A stretch of DNA of 64,000 nucleotides from the NCBI GenBank assembly GCA_036351355.1, contig JAZBOX010000140.1, positions 366-64,365 on the forward strand, read 5' to 3'. Shown one piece after another: positions 36,184 to 50,114 of the stretch (its first letter is position 1; every line of letters starts with the position of its first letter). A program made the position numbers and the translations under genes. The notes beneath the pieces were generated by a model that saw only the letters and a list, made by a program, of their open reading frames with translations, was not told the DNA's origin and made no database searches. The DNA is from Halieaceae bacterium. Its GTDB lineage: Bacteria; Pseudomonadota; Gammaproteobacteria; Pseudomonadales; Halieaceae.

Positions 36184-36894
36184 ATGAACCTGCCAACAGT
36201 AAAGAAACCTGACACTCGGGGCTGCGCCGGCCGCAGTTGCGCGGCGGTACTGGTCGCTTTTCTGGCGGCGGTGCTGGCGTCGGGCGCGCTTGCCCAGCGT
36301 CAGATGTACCGTTACGTCAACGATCAGGGCAACAAGGTGCTGGCCTACCAGGTCCCGCCCGAATACGTGGCGAACGGCTACGAGATTCTCAGTCCCACCG
36401 GTGCGTTGATTTCCGTGGTTCCGCGCCAGCTCGGCGATGACGAGCGTGAGGATCTCGACGCCCAGGCCCGCCTCGATCATGAGGCTGCAAAGGAGGAGGA
36501 GCGGCTGCGTAAATGGGACGAGTCGCTTCTGCTTCGCTACAGCACGATCGAGGACATCGAGTCCGCTCGCGAACGGGCGCTTCGCGAGCTGCGCATCCGC
36601 GTTGGCATACTTCGCAGTGAGTTGCGCTCCCTGAAGCAGCAGGTCGAGAACAACCAGGCTATGGCGGCTGACCAGGAGCGCATCGGCCGGAAGGTGGACC
36701 CTGTGCTGCTGGAGACCATCGACGAACTGCGTTCGCAGATCGCAGCGACGGAACGCGCCGTTGCCGATCGTGAGAAGGAGATCGCGGTCGTCGACGCCAG
36801 CTATGACCGCGACGTTGAGCGTTTTTCCAGCCTTCTGGAAATCGTCGAGATGCGCCGCAACCTGTCCTCGGGCGGCGGTTCCGGTGAGGACTGA
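36184..36894 (+). CDS. DUF4124 domain-containing secreted coiled-coil protein
   Basis: Signal peptide (...AAVLVAFLAAVLASGALAQ), then the MYRYVNDQGNKV DUF4124-like start and a long coiled coil. Start placed at ATG 36184. Confidence 0.7.
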   Translation: MNLPTVKKPDTRGCAGRSCAAVLVAFLAAVLASGALAQRQMYRYVNDQGNKVLAYQVPPEYVANGYEILSPTGALISVVPRQLGDDEREDLDAQARLDHEAAKEEERLRKWDESLLLRYSTIEDIESARERALRELRIRVGILRSELRSLKQQVENNQAMAADQERIGRKVDPVLLETIDELRSQIAATERAVADREKEIAVVDASYDRDVERFSSLLEIVEMRRNLSSGGGSGED

Positions 36895-37542
36895 TCAGGC
36901 GCCGCCGGCCCCGATGGCGCTGCCGCCGCTACCCCTGACGGAAACCGCCGTCGGTACTTCTCTCATCAGACCCCCTGCGAGATAGGCGTACTGCTCTTCC
37001 CAGCCCGCCGTCGGGCTGCGTCGGAACTCGCTGCGAACGAATTCGAGGATGCGCCCCTCGGCGCAGCAGAACACGAGGTTGGCAGCCTCCGGAAGGCCGA
37101 TGACGGGGCGCAGGCCTTCGCGCACCTCGGCCTCGCGCAGAACCTGGCGCAGCTGCGTTTCAACCCGGTCCATAAGCTGACTGACGCGATGGCGCAGGCG
37201 TTCCGTCTCGCCCGTAAGGGCCTCACCGGCGAGCAGACGACTGATGCCCGGGTTGCGCTCGGCAAAGCTGATCAGCAGATAGAGAATGTGGCGCACGCGC
37301 ACGAGGGCCGAGGACTCCTCCTGCAGGATCAGGCTGATGCGCTGGAACAGGGCGTCCTCGGCGAACTCGATCAAGCCCTCGAACATTTTCGCCTTGCTCG
37401 GAAAGTGCCGGTACAGCGCCGCCTCGGAAACACCGACCTGTGCTGCGAGGCGCGCCGTGGTGATCCGGTCTCCCGGGTTGTCCTCGAGCATCTGGGCGAG
37501 GGCCTCGAGGATCTGCTGTCGGCGCTGCACATTCCTTGGCAT
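36895..37542 (-). CDS. slmA: nucleoid occlusion factor SlmA (TetR family)
   Basis: ...RRQQILEALAQMLE...RITTARLAAQVGVSEAALYRHFPSKAKMFEGLIEFAEDALF.RI..IL... closely parallels E. coli SlmA. ATG 37542 has GGGAGG upstream. Confidence 0.88.
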   Translation of the reverse strand: MPRNVQRRQQILEALAQMLEDNPGDRITTARLAAQVGVSEAALYRHFPSKAKMFEGLIEFAEDALFQRISLILQEESSALVRVRHILYLLISFAERNPGISRLLAGEALTGETERLRHRVSQLMDRVETQLRQVLREAEVREGLRPVIGLPEAANLVFCCAEGRILEFVRSEFRRSPTAGWEEQYAYLAGGLMREVPTAVSVRGSGGSAIGAGGA

Positions 37543-37701
37543 CGGCGGCCCTACCTCCCTAAACCACGAATCGGCCCAAGACCGGGCGCTCATCGTAGCG
37601 ACTGACCGCAGGAGCGACAATCGCGCCGGTCGTCTTTTGTTGACCGATTTGTATCGGCCAAGCCGAGGCCGGGGTCGCGTTGCTTCTCGCCTTCGGCGTC
37701 G

Positions 37702-41152
<3,451 letters not shown>

Positions 41153-41239
41153 CGCTCAGTGCCGCGCGCTGGCGCGGCCCGCTCCCACCCTGCACCTGCC
41201 CATCATAGACCCTGCGCAGTTGCGGGAAAACGTGGGTCC

Positions 41240-42466
41240 CTACTTCTTCTGAGGCTTCGAGATCGCTGTGCGCTCGCGCAGGCGCGCCGCTATTTCGCTC
41301 ACCAGGCTGCGCGCGAGCACATCCTTGGACGCGCGTTCGAGGCTCCGTTCGCCACCGTGCCAGAGCAGCAGCGCGGCGTTTTCGTCGGAGTTGAAGCCGA
41401 TCGACGGATCGCTGACGTCGTTGGCAACGATCAGGTCGAGAGCCTTGGCCTCGAGCTTGGCGAGCGCGTGTTCGCGCAATTTCTGCGTTTCCGCGGCGAA
41501 GCCGACGCAGAAGGGGGCGTCTGCCCGCGCCGCGATCTGCGCCAGGATGTCGGGATTGCGCTCGAGCTCGAGCGTGAGCCGCGTATCGCTCTTCTTGATC
41601 TTCTGCGCTGCGACCGTCGCGGGGCGGTAGTCCGCCACCGCCGCGCAGGCAATAAAGACGTCGCAGTCGTCTGCAAGCGCTTCGCAGCGCTCGAGCATTT
41701 CGCAGGCCGTCTGCACGTCGTGGCGCCGCACGTGCTCCGGCGTCGGCAGCTGTACGGGCCCGCAGACCAGCTCCGTTCGCGCGCCGGCGTCCGCGGCAGC
41801 ACGCGCGATGGCAAAGCCCATGCGTCCGGAGGAGTGATTGGAAAGAAAGCGCACGGGATCGATCGCCTCGCGCGTCGGGCCGGCCGTTACCAGCACGCTC
41901 ATTCCGTCGAGATCGCGCGATGCGAAGCCCGCGTCCACGGCGGCGGCGATGTCCGCCGCCTCGCTCATGCGGCCGGGGCCGATATCGCCGCAGGCCTGCT
42001 CGCCCGCCGCGGGTCCGATGAAGCGGATGCCGCGATCACGCAGCACGCTCAGGTTGTCCTGCGTCGCGGCGTCGCGCCACATCTGCTGGTTCATTGCCGG
42101 CGCGAGGACCAGCGGAGCGCTGGTGGCCAGGGCGACGGCGCCTAGGAGGTCATCGGCGCGGCCCGCGCGCAGGCGCGCCATGCAGTCTGCGGTGGCCGGC
42201 GCTATCAGCATCAGATCTGCCCAGCGCGCCAGCTCGATGTGGCCCATGCCCCGTTCCGCCTCTTCGTCGAGAAGACTGTGGTGGACGGGAAAACCCGAAA
42301 GTGCCTGCAGTGTCAGCGGCGTGATGAACTCCTGCGCACCGCGGGTCATCAGCACGCGCACCTCCGCGCCGCGTTCCTGCAGGGCGCGGACGATTTCGGC
42401 GGACTTGTAGGCGGCGATACCGCCGCAGACAGCCAAAAGTATGCGCCGATTGAAAAGATGTCCCAT
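41240..42466 (-). CDS. coaBC: bifunctional phosphopantothenoylcysteine decarboxylase / phosphopantothenate--cysteine ligase
   Basis: MGHLFNRRILLAVCGGIAAYKSAEIVRAL...PAMN..MW...; the CoaB half has ...ISN.SSG.MG.A.A.... Start placed at 42466. Confidence 0.94.
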   Translation of the reverse strand: MGHLFNRRILLAVCGGIAAYKSAEIVRALQERGAEVRVLMTRGAQEFITPLTLQALSGFPVHHSLLDEEAERGMGHIELARWADLMLIAPATADCMARLRAGRADDLLGAVALATSAPLVLAPAMNQQMWRDAATQDNLSVLRDRGIRFIGPAAGEQACGDIGPGRMSEAADIAAAVDAGFASRDLDGMSVLVTAGPTREAIDPVRFLSNHSSGRMGFAIARAAADAGARTELVCGPVQLPTPEHVRRHDVQTACEMLERCEALADDCDVFIACAAVADYRPATVAAQKIKKSDTRLTLELERNPDILAQIAARADAPFCVGFAAETQKLREHALAKLEAKALDLIVANDVSDPSIGFNSDENAALLLWHGGERSLERASKDVLARSLVSEIAARLRERTAISKPQKK

Positions 42467-42546
42467 ACGCGCAGGCCAGCGAGGAAAATTGGCCCGCGAA
42501 GATAGCATCTGCGTCGCCCCCGGGCATCGCAGGCGGGACTTGGAGC

Positions 42547-43374
42547 ATGGGCGCAGCAACGGGCGTCCCTGCGGCGGAGGGGAAATCGATGGCCGTGGCA
42601 AAAGAGAAGGCCGGGGCGAAGGAGACCGCATCGGCAGAACCGAAGGTCGCGTGGACGGCTGTCACCGCAGCCACGGCGGCTTCGGGCAGGGCCGCCGTGC
42701 CCAGGAGCAGACCAGCCTCATCGCGGGAAGGTCCGCGAGAAAAACTGCTGCTGCGCGGCGCTTCCGCGCTCTCCGACGCGGAGCTGATCGCCGTGCTCCT
42801 CGGCACGGGGCGGCGTGGTATGTCGGCAATGGATGTGGCCACGGCTATGCTCGAGGGTCACGACGGGCTGGTCGGGCTGCTCGCTCGCGACAGGCAGGAA
42901 CTGCTCGCCGAGCCCGGTCTCGGTCCGGCGCGAGTGGCCCTGCTCCATGCGGCGCTTGAGCTCGGACGTCGCTGCGCCGAGCAGCGCCTGCGTGGCGGTA
43001 GCGTTCTCGCCAGTCCGCGCGCCACGCGCGAATTCCTGCAGCATCACCTCGCGACGCGCTCGCGCGAGGTGTTCTGCTGCCTGTTTCTCGATGTACAGCA
43101 CCGCCTGCTGCGCTGCGAAGACCTGTTCTTCGGCACGCTCGACGGTGCGGCCGTATATCCGCGCGAGGTGGTCGTAAGAGCGCTGCAGTACCGCGCCGCG
43201 GCGGTGATCCTTGCGCACAATCATCCTTCCGGCGTCGCGCAGCCATCGGCGGCAGACCGCAACATCACCGGCCGCCTGCGCGATGCGCTGGCGCTCATCG
43301 ACGTGCGCGTTCTCGATCACATCGTCGTAGGGCGCGGCGAAGCTTATTCCTTCGCCGAGTCAGGCCTGCTCTGA
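42547..43374 (+). CDS. radC: RadC family (JAMM-motif) protein; start uncertain
   Basis: ...PREKLLLRGASALSDAELIAVLLGTG... and ...ILAHNHPSG...PS..D...T.RL. The N-terminal ~55 aa are A/T/S-rich, and an alternative start lies at 42589. Confidence 0.85.
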   Translation: MGAATGVPAAEGKSMAVAKEKAGAKETASAEPKVAWTAVTAATAASGRAAVPRSRPASSREGPREKLLLRGASALSDAELIAVLLGTGRRGMSAMDVATAMLEGHDGLVGLLARDRQELLAEPGLGPARVALLHAALELGRRCAEQRLRGGSVLASPRATREFLQHHLATRSREVFCCLFLDVQHRLLRCEDLFFGTLDGAAVYPREVVVRALQYRAAAVILAHNHPSGVAQPSAADRNITGRLRDALALIDVRVLDHIVVGRGEAYSFAESGLL

Positions 43375-43424
43375 TCACCGCCTGCTCATCCGCTCATCTT
43401 GCCTGCGCACATCCGATAAATTGC

Positions 43425-43453
43425 TTGCCGTGCAAGGGGCGCTCTGGTATAAC
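43425..43453 (+). promoter_or_regulatory. candidate sigma70 promoter for rpmB-rpmG (TTGCCG-17-TATAAC)
   Basis: -35 at 43425-43430 and -10 at 43448-43453, with TGG just upstream of the -10. About 155 nt upstream of the rpmB ATG. Identified by pattern match only. Confidence 0.3.
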
Positions 43454-43608
43454 GGCGCGCTCCGCGGGGCCGGGGCACCTGCGAATCAACCCCCTGATTC
43501 CACTTGAACGCTGCTGCGTGCCTCGCAACCCATTGATTTTGAACAGAATTTAAAGATCCGTTGCGCCCCTGGGGGGACTTCGCGCGGTTCTAGACAGGCG
43601 AGGAAGTC

Positions 43609-43845
43609 ATGGCGAAAGTCTGCCAGGTTACCGGCAAGCGCCCGGTAACGGGAAACAACGTATCTCACGCCAAGAACCGTACGCGTCGCCGGTTCCTGCC
43701 CAATCTGCACCAGCATCGCTTCTGGGTAGAGTCGGAGAAGCGCTTCGTGCGTCTTCGCGTGTCGAGCAAGGGCATGCGTATCATCGACAAGAAAGGCATC
43801 GACGCCGTTCTGGCCGAGATCCGCGCCCGCGGCGAAGCGGTCTGA
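43609..43845 (+). CDS. rpmB: 50S ribosomal protein L28
   Basis: [65 protein letters not shown].... Confidence 0.97.
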   Translation: MAKVCQVTGKRPVTGNNVSHAKNRTRRRFLPNLHQHRFWVESEKRFVRLRVSSKGMRIIDKKGIDAVLAEIRARGEAV

Positions 43846-43892
43846 GACTGAACGCCGCGCAGGCATAGCGAGCCCAACCAAGGAGCACAGCG

Positions 43893-44048
43893 ATGAGAGA
43901 AAAGATTCGCATGAATTCGACCGCGGGTACCGGTCACTTCTACACCACCGACAAGAACAAGCGTACGACGCCCGACAAGCTCGAAATGAAGAAGTACGAT
44001 CCCGTTGTGCGCAAGCACGTGGTCTACAAGGAAGGCAAGATCAAGTAA
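43893..44048 (+). CDS. rpmG: 50S ribosomal protein L33
   Basis: Not in the ORF track (51 aa). My translation is [57 protein letters not shown] lies 8 nt upstream of the ATG. Confidence 0.93.
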   Translation: MREKIRMNSTAGTGHFYTTDKNKRTTPDKLEMKKYDPVVRKHVVYKEGKIK

Positions 44049-44075
44049 GCGTGGCACCTGCGGCCAGGCGAAGAG

Positions 44076-44099
44076 AACCCCGGCTTGCCGGGGTTTTTT
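44076..44099 (+). terminator. rho-independent terminator after rpmG
   Basis: AACCCCGG-CTTG-CCGGGGTT followed by TTTT. Confidence 0.85.
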
Positions 44100-44141
44100 G
44101 TGGCTGTTCGTCGGGCGCGAGGGCTCCGGCGGGGTGTGCCT

Positions 44142-44954
44142 GTGCCTGAACTGCCCGAGGTCGAGACCACGCGCCGCGGCCTTGAGCCGCACTGCGTCGG
44201 GCGCCGGGTGCTCGAGGTGGTGGTGCGCGACTCGCGCCTGCGCTGGCCCGTGCCCGCGACTCTGGACGACAGCCTGCGCGGGGCCCAGCTGAAGACCCTG
44301 TCGCGACGTGCCAAGTATCTGCTGTTCGGCTTCGATGCGGGGACGCTGCTGGTTCACCTCGGCATGTCCGGTTCGCTCCGCGTGCTGCTCGAAGAAACGC
44401 CGCTCGCCCCCCACGACCATATCGACCTCTGTCTCGACAACGGCGTGCGCCTTCGCTACAACGATCCGCGCCGCTTCGGCAGCTTCCAGTGGTTCGGGCG
44501 CGCCTGTCCCCTCGAGCCGCTTGCGCATCTCGGGCCCGAACCGCTGTCGACGGACTTCGACGGAGAGCGGCTCTACGCGTTATCGCGCGGTCGCCGTGCG
44601 CCGGTGAAGGCCTTCATCATGGACGCGCGCACCGTGGTCGGTGTTGGCAATATTTACGCTACGGAGGCGTTGTTTCGCGCCGGGATTCGCCCCGACCGCG
44701 CGGCGGGCCGTGTCGCGCGGGCTCGCTACCTGGCCCTGGCAGACGATATAAAGCAAGTGCTTACTAACGCGATAGAGCGCGGTGGGACAACGTTGCGTGA
44801 CTTTATTGGCGGCGACGGTCAGCCCGGGTATTTCGCCCAGGAACTGCTGGTTTACGGCCGCGCCGGGGCGCCCTGTCCGCGTTGTGGACGGCCCGTCCGC
44901 AGCCGCGTGATCGCGCAGCGCGCGAGTGCCTATTGCGTAGCCTGTCAGCGCTGA
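44142..44954 (+). CDS. mutM: formamidopyrimidine-DNA glycosylase
   Basis: GTG start gives (M)[13 protein letters not shown]..., the obligatory N-terminal PELPEVE. C-terminal zinc finger CPRCG...C..CQ. The upstream part of the ORF-track entry overlaps the terminator and is rejected. Confidence 0.94.
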   Translation: MPELPEVETTRRGLEPHCVGRRVLEVVVRDSRLRWPVPATLDDSLRGAQLKTLSRRAKYLLFGFDAGTLLVHLGMSGSLRVLLEETPLAPHDHIDLCLDNGVRLRYNDPRRFGSFQWFGRACPLEPLAHLGPEPLSTDFDGERLYALSRGRRAPVKAFIMDARTVVGVGNIYATEALFRAGIRPDRAAGRVARARYLALADDIKQVLTNAIERGGTTLRDFIGGDGQPGYFAQELLVYGRAGAPCPRCGRPVRSRVIAQRASAYCVACQR

Positions 44955-45005
44955 ACTGGGTACACTCGGTCAAAAAGCGGTCAGCTCTGCTGCGGAGGAA
45001 TCAGC

Positions 45006-45461
45006 GTGTTACATGCTTCTTTGAAGGAAATGTCTCAGCAAAGCCCGCGAGTCGGCACTCGCCGCGGGCCGGCAGGGCGCACGCGTCACGCCGCACTGGC
45101 CCTCGGGATGCTCGCCAGCGTCTTCGCCACCACGCCCGGCTGGGGCCAGACCTCCGTCGACGAGCGACCCAATGCCTTCGCCATGACCGGCGATCTTCTC
45201 GTGGCCCGTCCTATCGGGCTGGTGATGACCGCGGTGGGCGGCGCGGCCTTTCTCGTCTCTCTGCCGCTGACGGCGCTTGCCGGATCCGTGGCCGAGTCCG
45301 CCGAGACGCTCGTGCTCGGACCGGCCGAGACCACCTTCATGCGCTGCCTCGGCTGCATACAGCCCGGCTACAGCTTCAAGGACGTCGAGCGTCGTCAGAC
45401 ACGTCGCGCCGAGCGTGCCGCCGAGGCCGCGACGGAGCAGGACGACCCGCAACCGAGGTAA
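45006..45461 (+). CDS. hypothetical membrane/exported protein
   Basis: Signal-like segment, then ...ERPNAFAMTGDLLVARPIGLVMTAVGGAAFLVSLPLTALAG...LVLGPAETTFMRCLGC.... This looks like a small conserved family, function unknown. An alternative start lies at 45030. Confidence 0.55.
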   Translation: MLHASLKEMSQQSPRVGTRRGPAGRTRHAALALGMLASVFATTPGWGQTSVDERPNAFAMTGDLLVARPIGLVMTAVGGAAFLVSLPLTALAGSVAESAETLVLGPAETTFMRCLGCIQPGYSFKDVERRQTRRAERAAEAATEQDDPQPR

Positions 45462-45475
45462 AGCCTTTCGCAGGC

Positions 45476-46176
<701 letters not shown>

Positions 46177-46250
46177 TCAATCAGCGCTGACCCCTCAAAT
46201 GCCCCTGCCGCTGCGCCACATGGATCCAGCCGGGCCTGAGGTAAAGCCGC

Positions 46251-46847
46251 CTAGCGATAGCGATACACGCGCATTGAGACCCGTCCACCGCTTCCCTCTT
46301 TCCACGGCTTAAGCGCCGCAGGCACGCCGGGTGACTCGGAGCGGGGGAATTCGGCGTAAACCAGCGCATCCGCTGCGAGTGCCCCCTGGTCGACAAGCGC
46401 CGTCAGCGTGGGCTCCAGCAGGCCAGCGCCAAAGGGCGGGTCGAGAAACACGAGGTCGTAGCGCTCGCCCTGAGCGGCGAGTATGGACACGGCCTCGTCG
46501 GACTTCATTCCGTGGGCGCGTGCCCTGTCGCCCGCGCCGAGGCGCGTCAGGCTCGCGCGCAGCCCCTCGAGGGCCTGTCGCTGCGGCTCGACAAAGTCGC
46601 AGTGCGCCGCCCCTCGAGACAGCGCTTCGAGACCGAGTGCGCCGGTACCGGCAAACAGGTCGAGGCAGCGCGCATCGGGTACCTGCGCGACCAGCCAGTT
46701 GAACAGGGTTTCGCGCAGGCGGTCCGCCGTCGGCCGCAGACCTTCGACATCGGCGATGGGGAGCTTTCTTCCGCGCCAGGCACCACCGATGATGCGCAGC
46801 TGGCCGCTTCCCCTGCCGCTCCCGCGTCTGCCCGACTTCCCCGTCAC
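46251..46847 (-). CDS. rsmD: 16S rRNA (guanine966-N2)-methyltransferase
   Basis: ...GQLRIIGGAWRGRKLPIADVEGLRPTADRLRETLFNWL...LDLFAGTGALGLEALSRGA...VFLDPPF. GTG start at 46847. The upstream 287 codons of the ORF-track entry are antisense to ftsY and are rejected. Divergent from ftsY, as in E. coli. Confidence 0.85.
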   Translation of the reverse strand: MTGKSGRRGSGRGSGQLRIIGGAWRGRKLPIADVEGLRPTADRLRETLFNWLVAQVPDARCLDLFAGTGALGLEALSRGAAHCDFVEPQRQALEGLRASLTRLGAGDRARAHGMKSDEAVSILAAQGERYDLVFLDPPFGAGLLEPTLTALVDQGALAADALVYAEFPRSESPGVPAALKPWKEGSGGRVSMRVYRYR

Positions 46848-46935
46848 GCCACCGTCATCGCTTCGTCTCCGTCGGCGATGATACGATACGCCGCGCCGCG
46901 CGACCCTCCACGAGACGAGTGAATCCCTTCTCCCG

Positions 46936-48210
46936 ATGCGATTTTTCCGACGATCCAAATCTGCAGCCGAGGCGAAGGATGCCGGGCCGGATGCCGAGGC
47001 AACTGAGGCGGGCGAAAAGGACGCAAGAGCTGAGGACGTCGGCACGGAGCTGGAGCAGGGTGCTGAAAAGTCCGCGGCTGAGCAGGCCGATGCTGCGCGC
47101 CTGCCCGTCGAAGCGGGCGACACGCCATCCGACGAAGCCGCCGTCCGCCGCGAACCCGGGCTCGATGGGCGCGACGCTCCGCCGCTGCCCGCTTCTGCGG
47201 CCCCATCCACGGCGGCGGCGGCCGACGATGCGCCAACAGCGACCACACCGGCACCCGCGCCGCGACCGCAGGCTGACGGTGACGCGGGCCGTGGCGGTCT
47301 GTTCAGCCGACTGCGCCGCGGCCTCGGGAGGACGAGCGACAACCTCGTTGCCGGACTCGGCAGTCTGTTTCTCGGCCGCAAGGCCATCGACGACGACCTG
47401 CTCGAGGAGCTCGAATCCCAACTATTGATGGCCGATGTGGGCATCGAGGCCACCAACGACATCATCGCCAAGCTCACGGCGCGCGTGTCGCGTCGTGAGC
47501 TGGCGGATCCCGAGGCGCTTCTGTCAGCGCTGCGCCAGGAGCTCGAGGAGATCCTCACGCCCTGCGAGCAAGCCCTCGATGTCAGCGCGGCCTCTCCCTT
47601 CGTACTCCTGGTGGTCGGTGTCAACGGCGTCGGCAAGACGACGACGATCGGCAAGATGGCGCGACGTTTCCAGAGCGAGGGGCGGTCGGTCATGCTCGCC
47701 GCCGGAGACACCTTTCGCGCCGCGGCCGTCGAGCAGCTTCAGCACTGGGGCGAGCGCCACAGCGTGCCGGTGATCGCGCAGCATCAGGGCGCCGACAGCG
47801 CATCGGTGATCTACGATGCCCTGCAGGCGGCGACGGCGCGCGGCGTCGACGTGCTGATCGCCGATACCGCGGGGCGGCTGTCGAACAAGAGTCATCTCAT
47901 GGACGAGCTCGCCAAGGTCGTGCGCGTCCTGCGCAAGCTCAACCCCGACGCACCGCACGAGGTGCTGCTCGTGCTCGATGCGGGCACGGGACAGAATGCT
48001 CTCGCCCAGGCCGATCAGTTCCGCGAGGCCGTGGGCGTCACCGGACTGGCCCTGACCAAGCTCGACGGCACGGCAAAGGGCGGTGTGATCTTCGCGATCG
48101 CGCGGCGCCTCGGCCTGCCGATTCGTTTCATCGGCGTCGGCGAAGCGGCGGAAGATCTGCGCCCCTTCGCTGCGGCTGACTTTATCCGGGCCCTGTTCGA
48201 CCGTGCCTAG
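46936..48210 (+). CDS. ftsY: signal recognition particle receptor FtsY
   Basis: Acidic A-domain, then ...LEELESQLLMADVG...VVGVNGVGKTTTIGKMA...DTAGR...TKLDGTAKGG. Confidence 0.95.
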   Translation: MRFFRRSKSAAEAKDAGPDAEATEAGEKDARAEDVGTELEQGAEKSAAEQADAARLPVEAGDTPSDEAAVRREPGLDGRDAPPLPASAAPSTAAAADDAPTATTPAPAPRPQADGDAGRGGLFSRLRRGLGRTSDNLVAGLGSLFLGRKAIDDDLLEELESQLLMADVGIEATNDIIAKLTARVSRRELADPEALLSALRQELEEILTPCEQALDVSAASPFVLLVVGVNGVGKTTTIGKMARRFQSEGRSVMLAAGDTFRAAAVEQLQHWGERHSVPVIAQHQGADSASVIYDALQAATARGVDVLIADTAGRLSNKSHLMDELAKVVRVLRKLNPDAPHEVLLVLDAGTGQNALAQADQFREAVGVTGLALTKLDGTAKGGVIFAIARRLGLPIRFIGVGEAAEDLRPFAAADFIRALFDRA

Positions 48211-48268
48211 GCCCCTGCCGCGTTCCCATGCCCGAAGCGAGCCCTGACAGCCTGGCGCCGCAACCGCG

Positions 48269-48943
48269 ATGATCCGCTTTGACCGCGTTGGCAAGCGTTA
48301 CGACAACGGCCACGACGCGCTGCGCGAGGTGAGCTTCGAAATCGCCCCCGAGGAGCTGGTGTTTCTCACTGGCCACTCGGGAGCCGGAAAGAGCACGCTG
48401 CTGCGCCTGATCATGCTGATGGAGCGGCCGTCGCGGGGCCGCGTCACGGTGAACGGCCGTGACCTCGGCGAAATGCCAAGGCGGGGTGTCCCGCGCCACC
48501 GCCAGTCCATCGGAGTCGTATTCCAGAACCACAAGCTGCTGATGGATCGCAGCGTCTTCGACAACGTCGCCCTGCCGCTGCAGGTGCTGGGCTACGACGA
48601 CCGCGACATGGACCGGCGCGTCCATGCGGCGCTCGACAAGGTCGGGCTCCTCGACCGCGCCCACGACATGCCGCTGGGCCTGTCCGGCGGCGAGCAGCAG
48701 CGCGTGGGCATCGCGCGCGCCGTGGTCGGCCGCCCGAAAATCCTCCTCGCCGACGAACCCACGGGCAACCTCGACCCCGAGCTGTCTGCCGACATCATGA
48801 AGCTGTTCGTCGATTTTGCCCGCGTCGGCGTCACCGTACTCATTGCCAGCCACGATCTTGCGCTGATTTCGCGCCTGCGCCACCGAATTCTCACGCTGCG
48901 CGAGGGACGGCTGCTCGAGGCCGGCATGGACGGCGGAAACTGA
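48269..48943 (+). CDS. ftsE: cell division ATP-binding protein FtsE
   Basis: MIRFDRVGKRY......LREVSFEI...GHSGAGKSTLL..., LSGGEQQRVGIARA and LLADEPTGNLD. Confidence 0.95.
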   Translation: MIRFDRVGKRYDNGHDALREVSFEIAPEELVFLTGHSGAGKSTLLRLIMLMERPSRGRVTVNGRDLGEMPRRGVPRHRQSIGVVFQNHKLLMDRSVFDNVALPLQVLGYDDRDMDRRVHAALDKVGLLDRAHDMPLGLSGGEQQRVGIARAVVGRPKILLADEPTGNLDPELSADIMKLFVDFARVGVTVLIASHDLALISRLRHRILTLREGRLLEAGMDGGN

Positions 48944-49036
48944 TGGACGCGCAGCCCGTTCACTCGCTCATACTCGCTCAAGCGCGCACGAAAGCCGCGC
49001 GCGTCGCATTCCTTCGCCCGGCGACGGGCCGCCACC

Positions 49037-50014
49037 GTGGCCGCCGCTGACGGCAGGCGCGCGCAGCGCCAGGCGCGGCCGCAGCGCGTGCGCCCCATTG
49101 AGCGCTGGCGCAGCTGGCGTCGCCACCACCGCCAGTCGGCGGCCGACAGCCTGGCCCGCGTGTTGCAACAGCCGACCGCGAGCCTGCTCACCTGGATGGT
49201 CATCGGCGTCGCCCTTGCGCTCCCCAGCGGCCTGTGGGTGGCCCTCGATAACGCCGGCCGCGTCGGCAAGACCCTCGACAAGCCCGCGACGCTGACCCTG
49301 TTTTTAAGCGACGCCACCGACGAGGCTGCCGCGCGCGCCCAGGCGGCGTCGCTGAGCGAGCGTGGCGACGTGAGGTCGGTGATCTTCCGCACCCGGGAAG
49401 CAGCGCTACAGGAATTCGCCGCGGATAGCGGCATGGACGATCTCCTCGAGGGGCTCGCGGAAAATCCGCTCCCGCACCTGCTCATCGTCGAGGCGCGGGA
49501 CGACTCGGCAGCGCTTCTCGGCCAGCTCGAGTTCGAGCTCGCCGCGCTGCCGACCGTCGACGAGGTGATCGTCGATGCGCTCTGGCTGCGACGCCTCGAC
49601 GCGCTGATGTCACTGGCGCGAAGCGCCGTGACCTTCCTCGCGGCCCTGCTCATCGCCGCGGTGGTTCTGATCGTGGGAAATACGATACGGCTCACGATCG
49701 AGGGCCGGCGCGATGAGGTGCTGATCAGCAAGCTGGTCGGTGCCAGCGACGCCTTCGTTCGGCGGCCGATTCTGTACACCGGCCTGTGGTACGGCTTCGG
49801 CGGCGGCGCCTGCGCGGCGCTGCTCGTTGCCTGCGGCACGTTTATCCTGCGTGGCCCTGTCGCCGCCCTCGCCGCCACCTACGACAGCCGCTTCGAGCTT
49901 ACGGGCCTGAGTCTGGTTGACAGCCTGCAGCTCGCCCTGTTCGGCGCCGGCCTCGGGCTGCTCGGGGCCTGGCTGGCCGCGGCGCGTCACCTGCGCGACA
50001 TCGAGCCCGACTGA
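49037..50014 (+). CDS. ftsX: cell division permease-like protein FtsX
   Basis: Basic N-terminus, TM1 (LLTWMVIGVALALPSGLW), a periplasmic domain, and three C-terminal TM helices. GTG 49037 is the first start in frame, 93 nt after ftsE (see finding). Confidence 0.85.
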   Translation: MAAADGRRAQRQARPQRVRPIERWRSWRRHHRQSAADSLARVLQQPTASLLTWMVIGVALALPSGLWVALDNAGRVGKTLDKPATLTLFLSDATDEAAARAQAASLSERGDVRSVIFRTREAALQEFAADSGMDDLLEGLAENPLPHLLIVEARDDSAALLGQLEFELAALPTVDEVIVDALWLRRLDALMSLARSAVTFLAALLIAAVVLIVGNTIRLTIEGRRDEVLISKLVGASDAFVRRPILYTGLWYGFGGGACAALLVACGTFILRGPVAALAATYDSRFELTGLSLVDSLQLALFGAGLGLLGAWLAAARHLRDIEPD

Positions 50015-50114
50015 GCGCGGACCGCGAGCGAAGGTCGCTCACGAGTGGTCCGTTTTCCGCCGCATTCGTAGCAAGGTCGTTCGCTCGAGGGCGATTCGGG
50101 GAACTTTTCCCGAT

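Noticed and set aside
46848-47711. N-terminal 287 codons of the 486-aa minus-strand ORF containing rsmD
   Set aside because: This part is antisense to ftsY and is S/R/A/P-rich. RsmD homology begins only at ...GQLRIIGG..., so the gene was trimmed to the GTG at 46847.
48592-49878. 428-aa minus-strand ORF
   Set aside because: It is antisense to ftsE and ftsX, with extremely Ser/Arg/Ala-rich low complexity.
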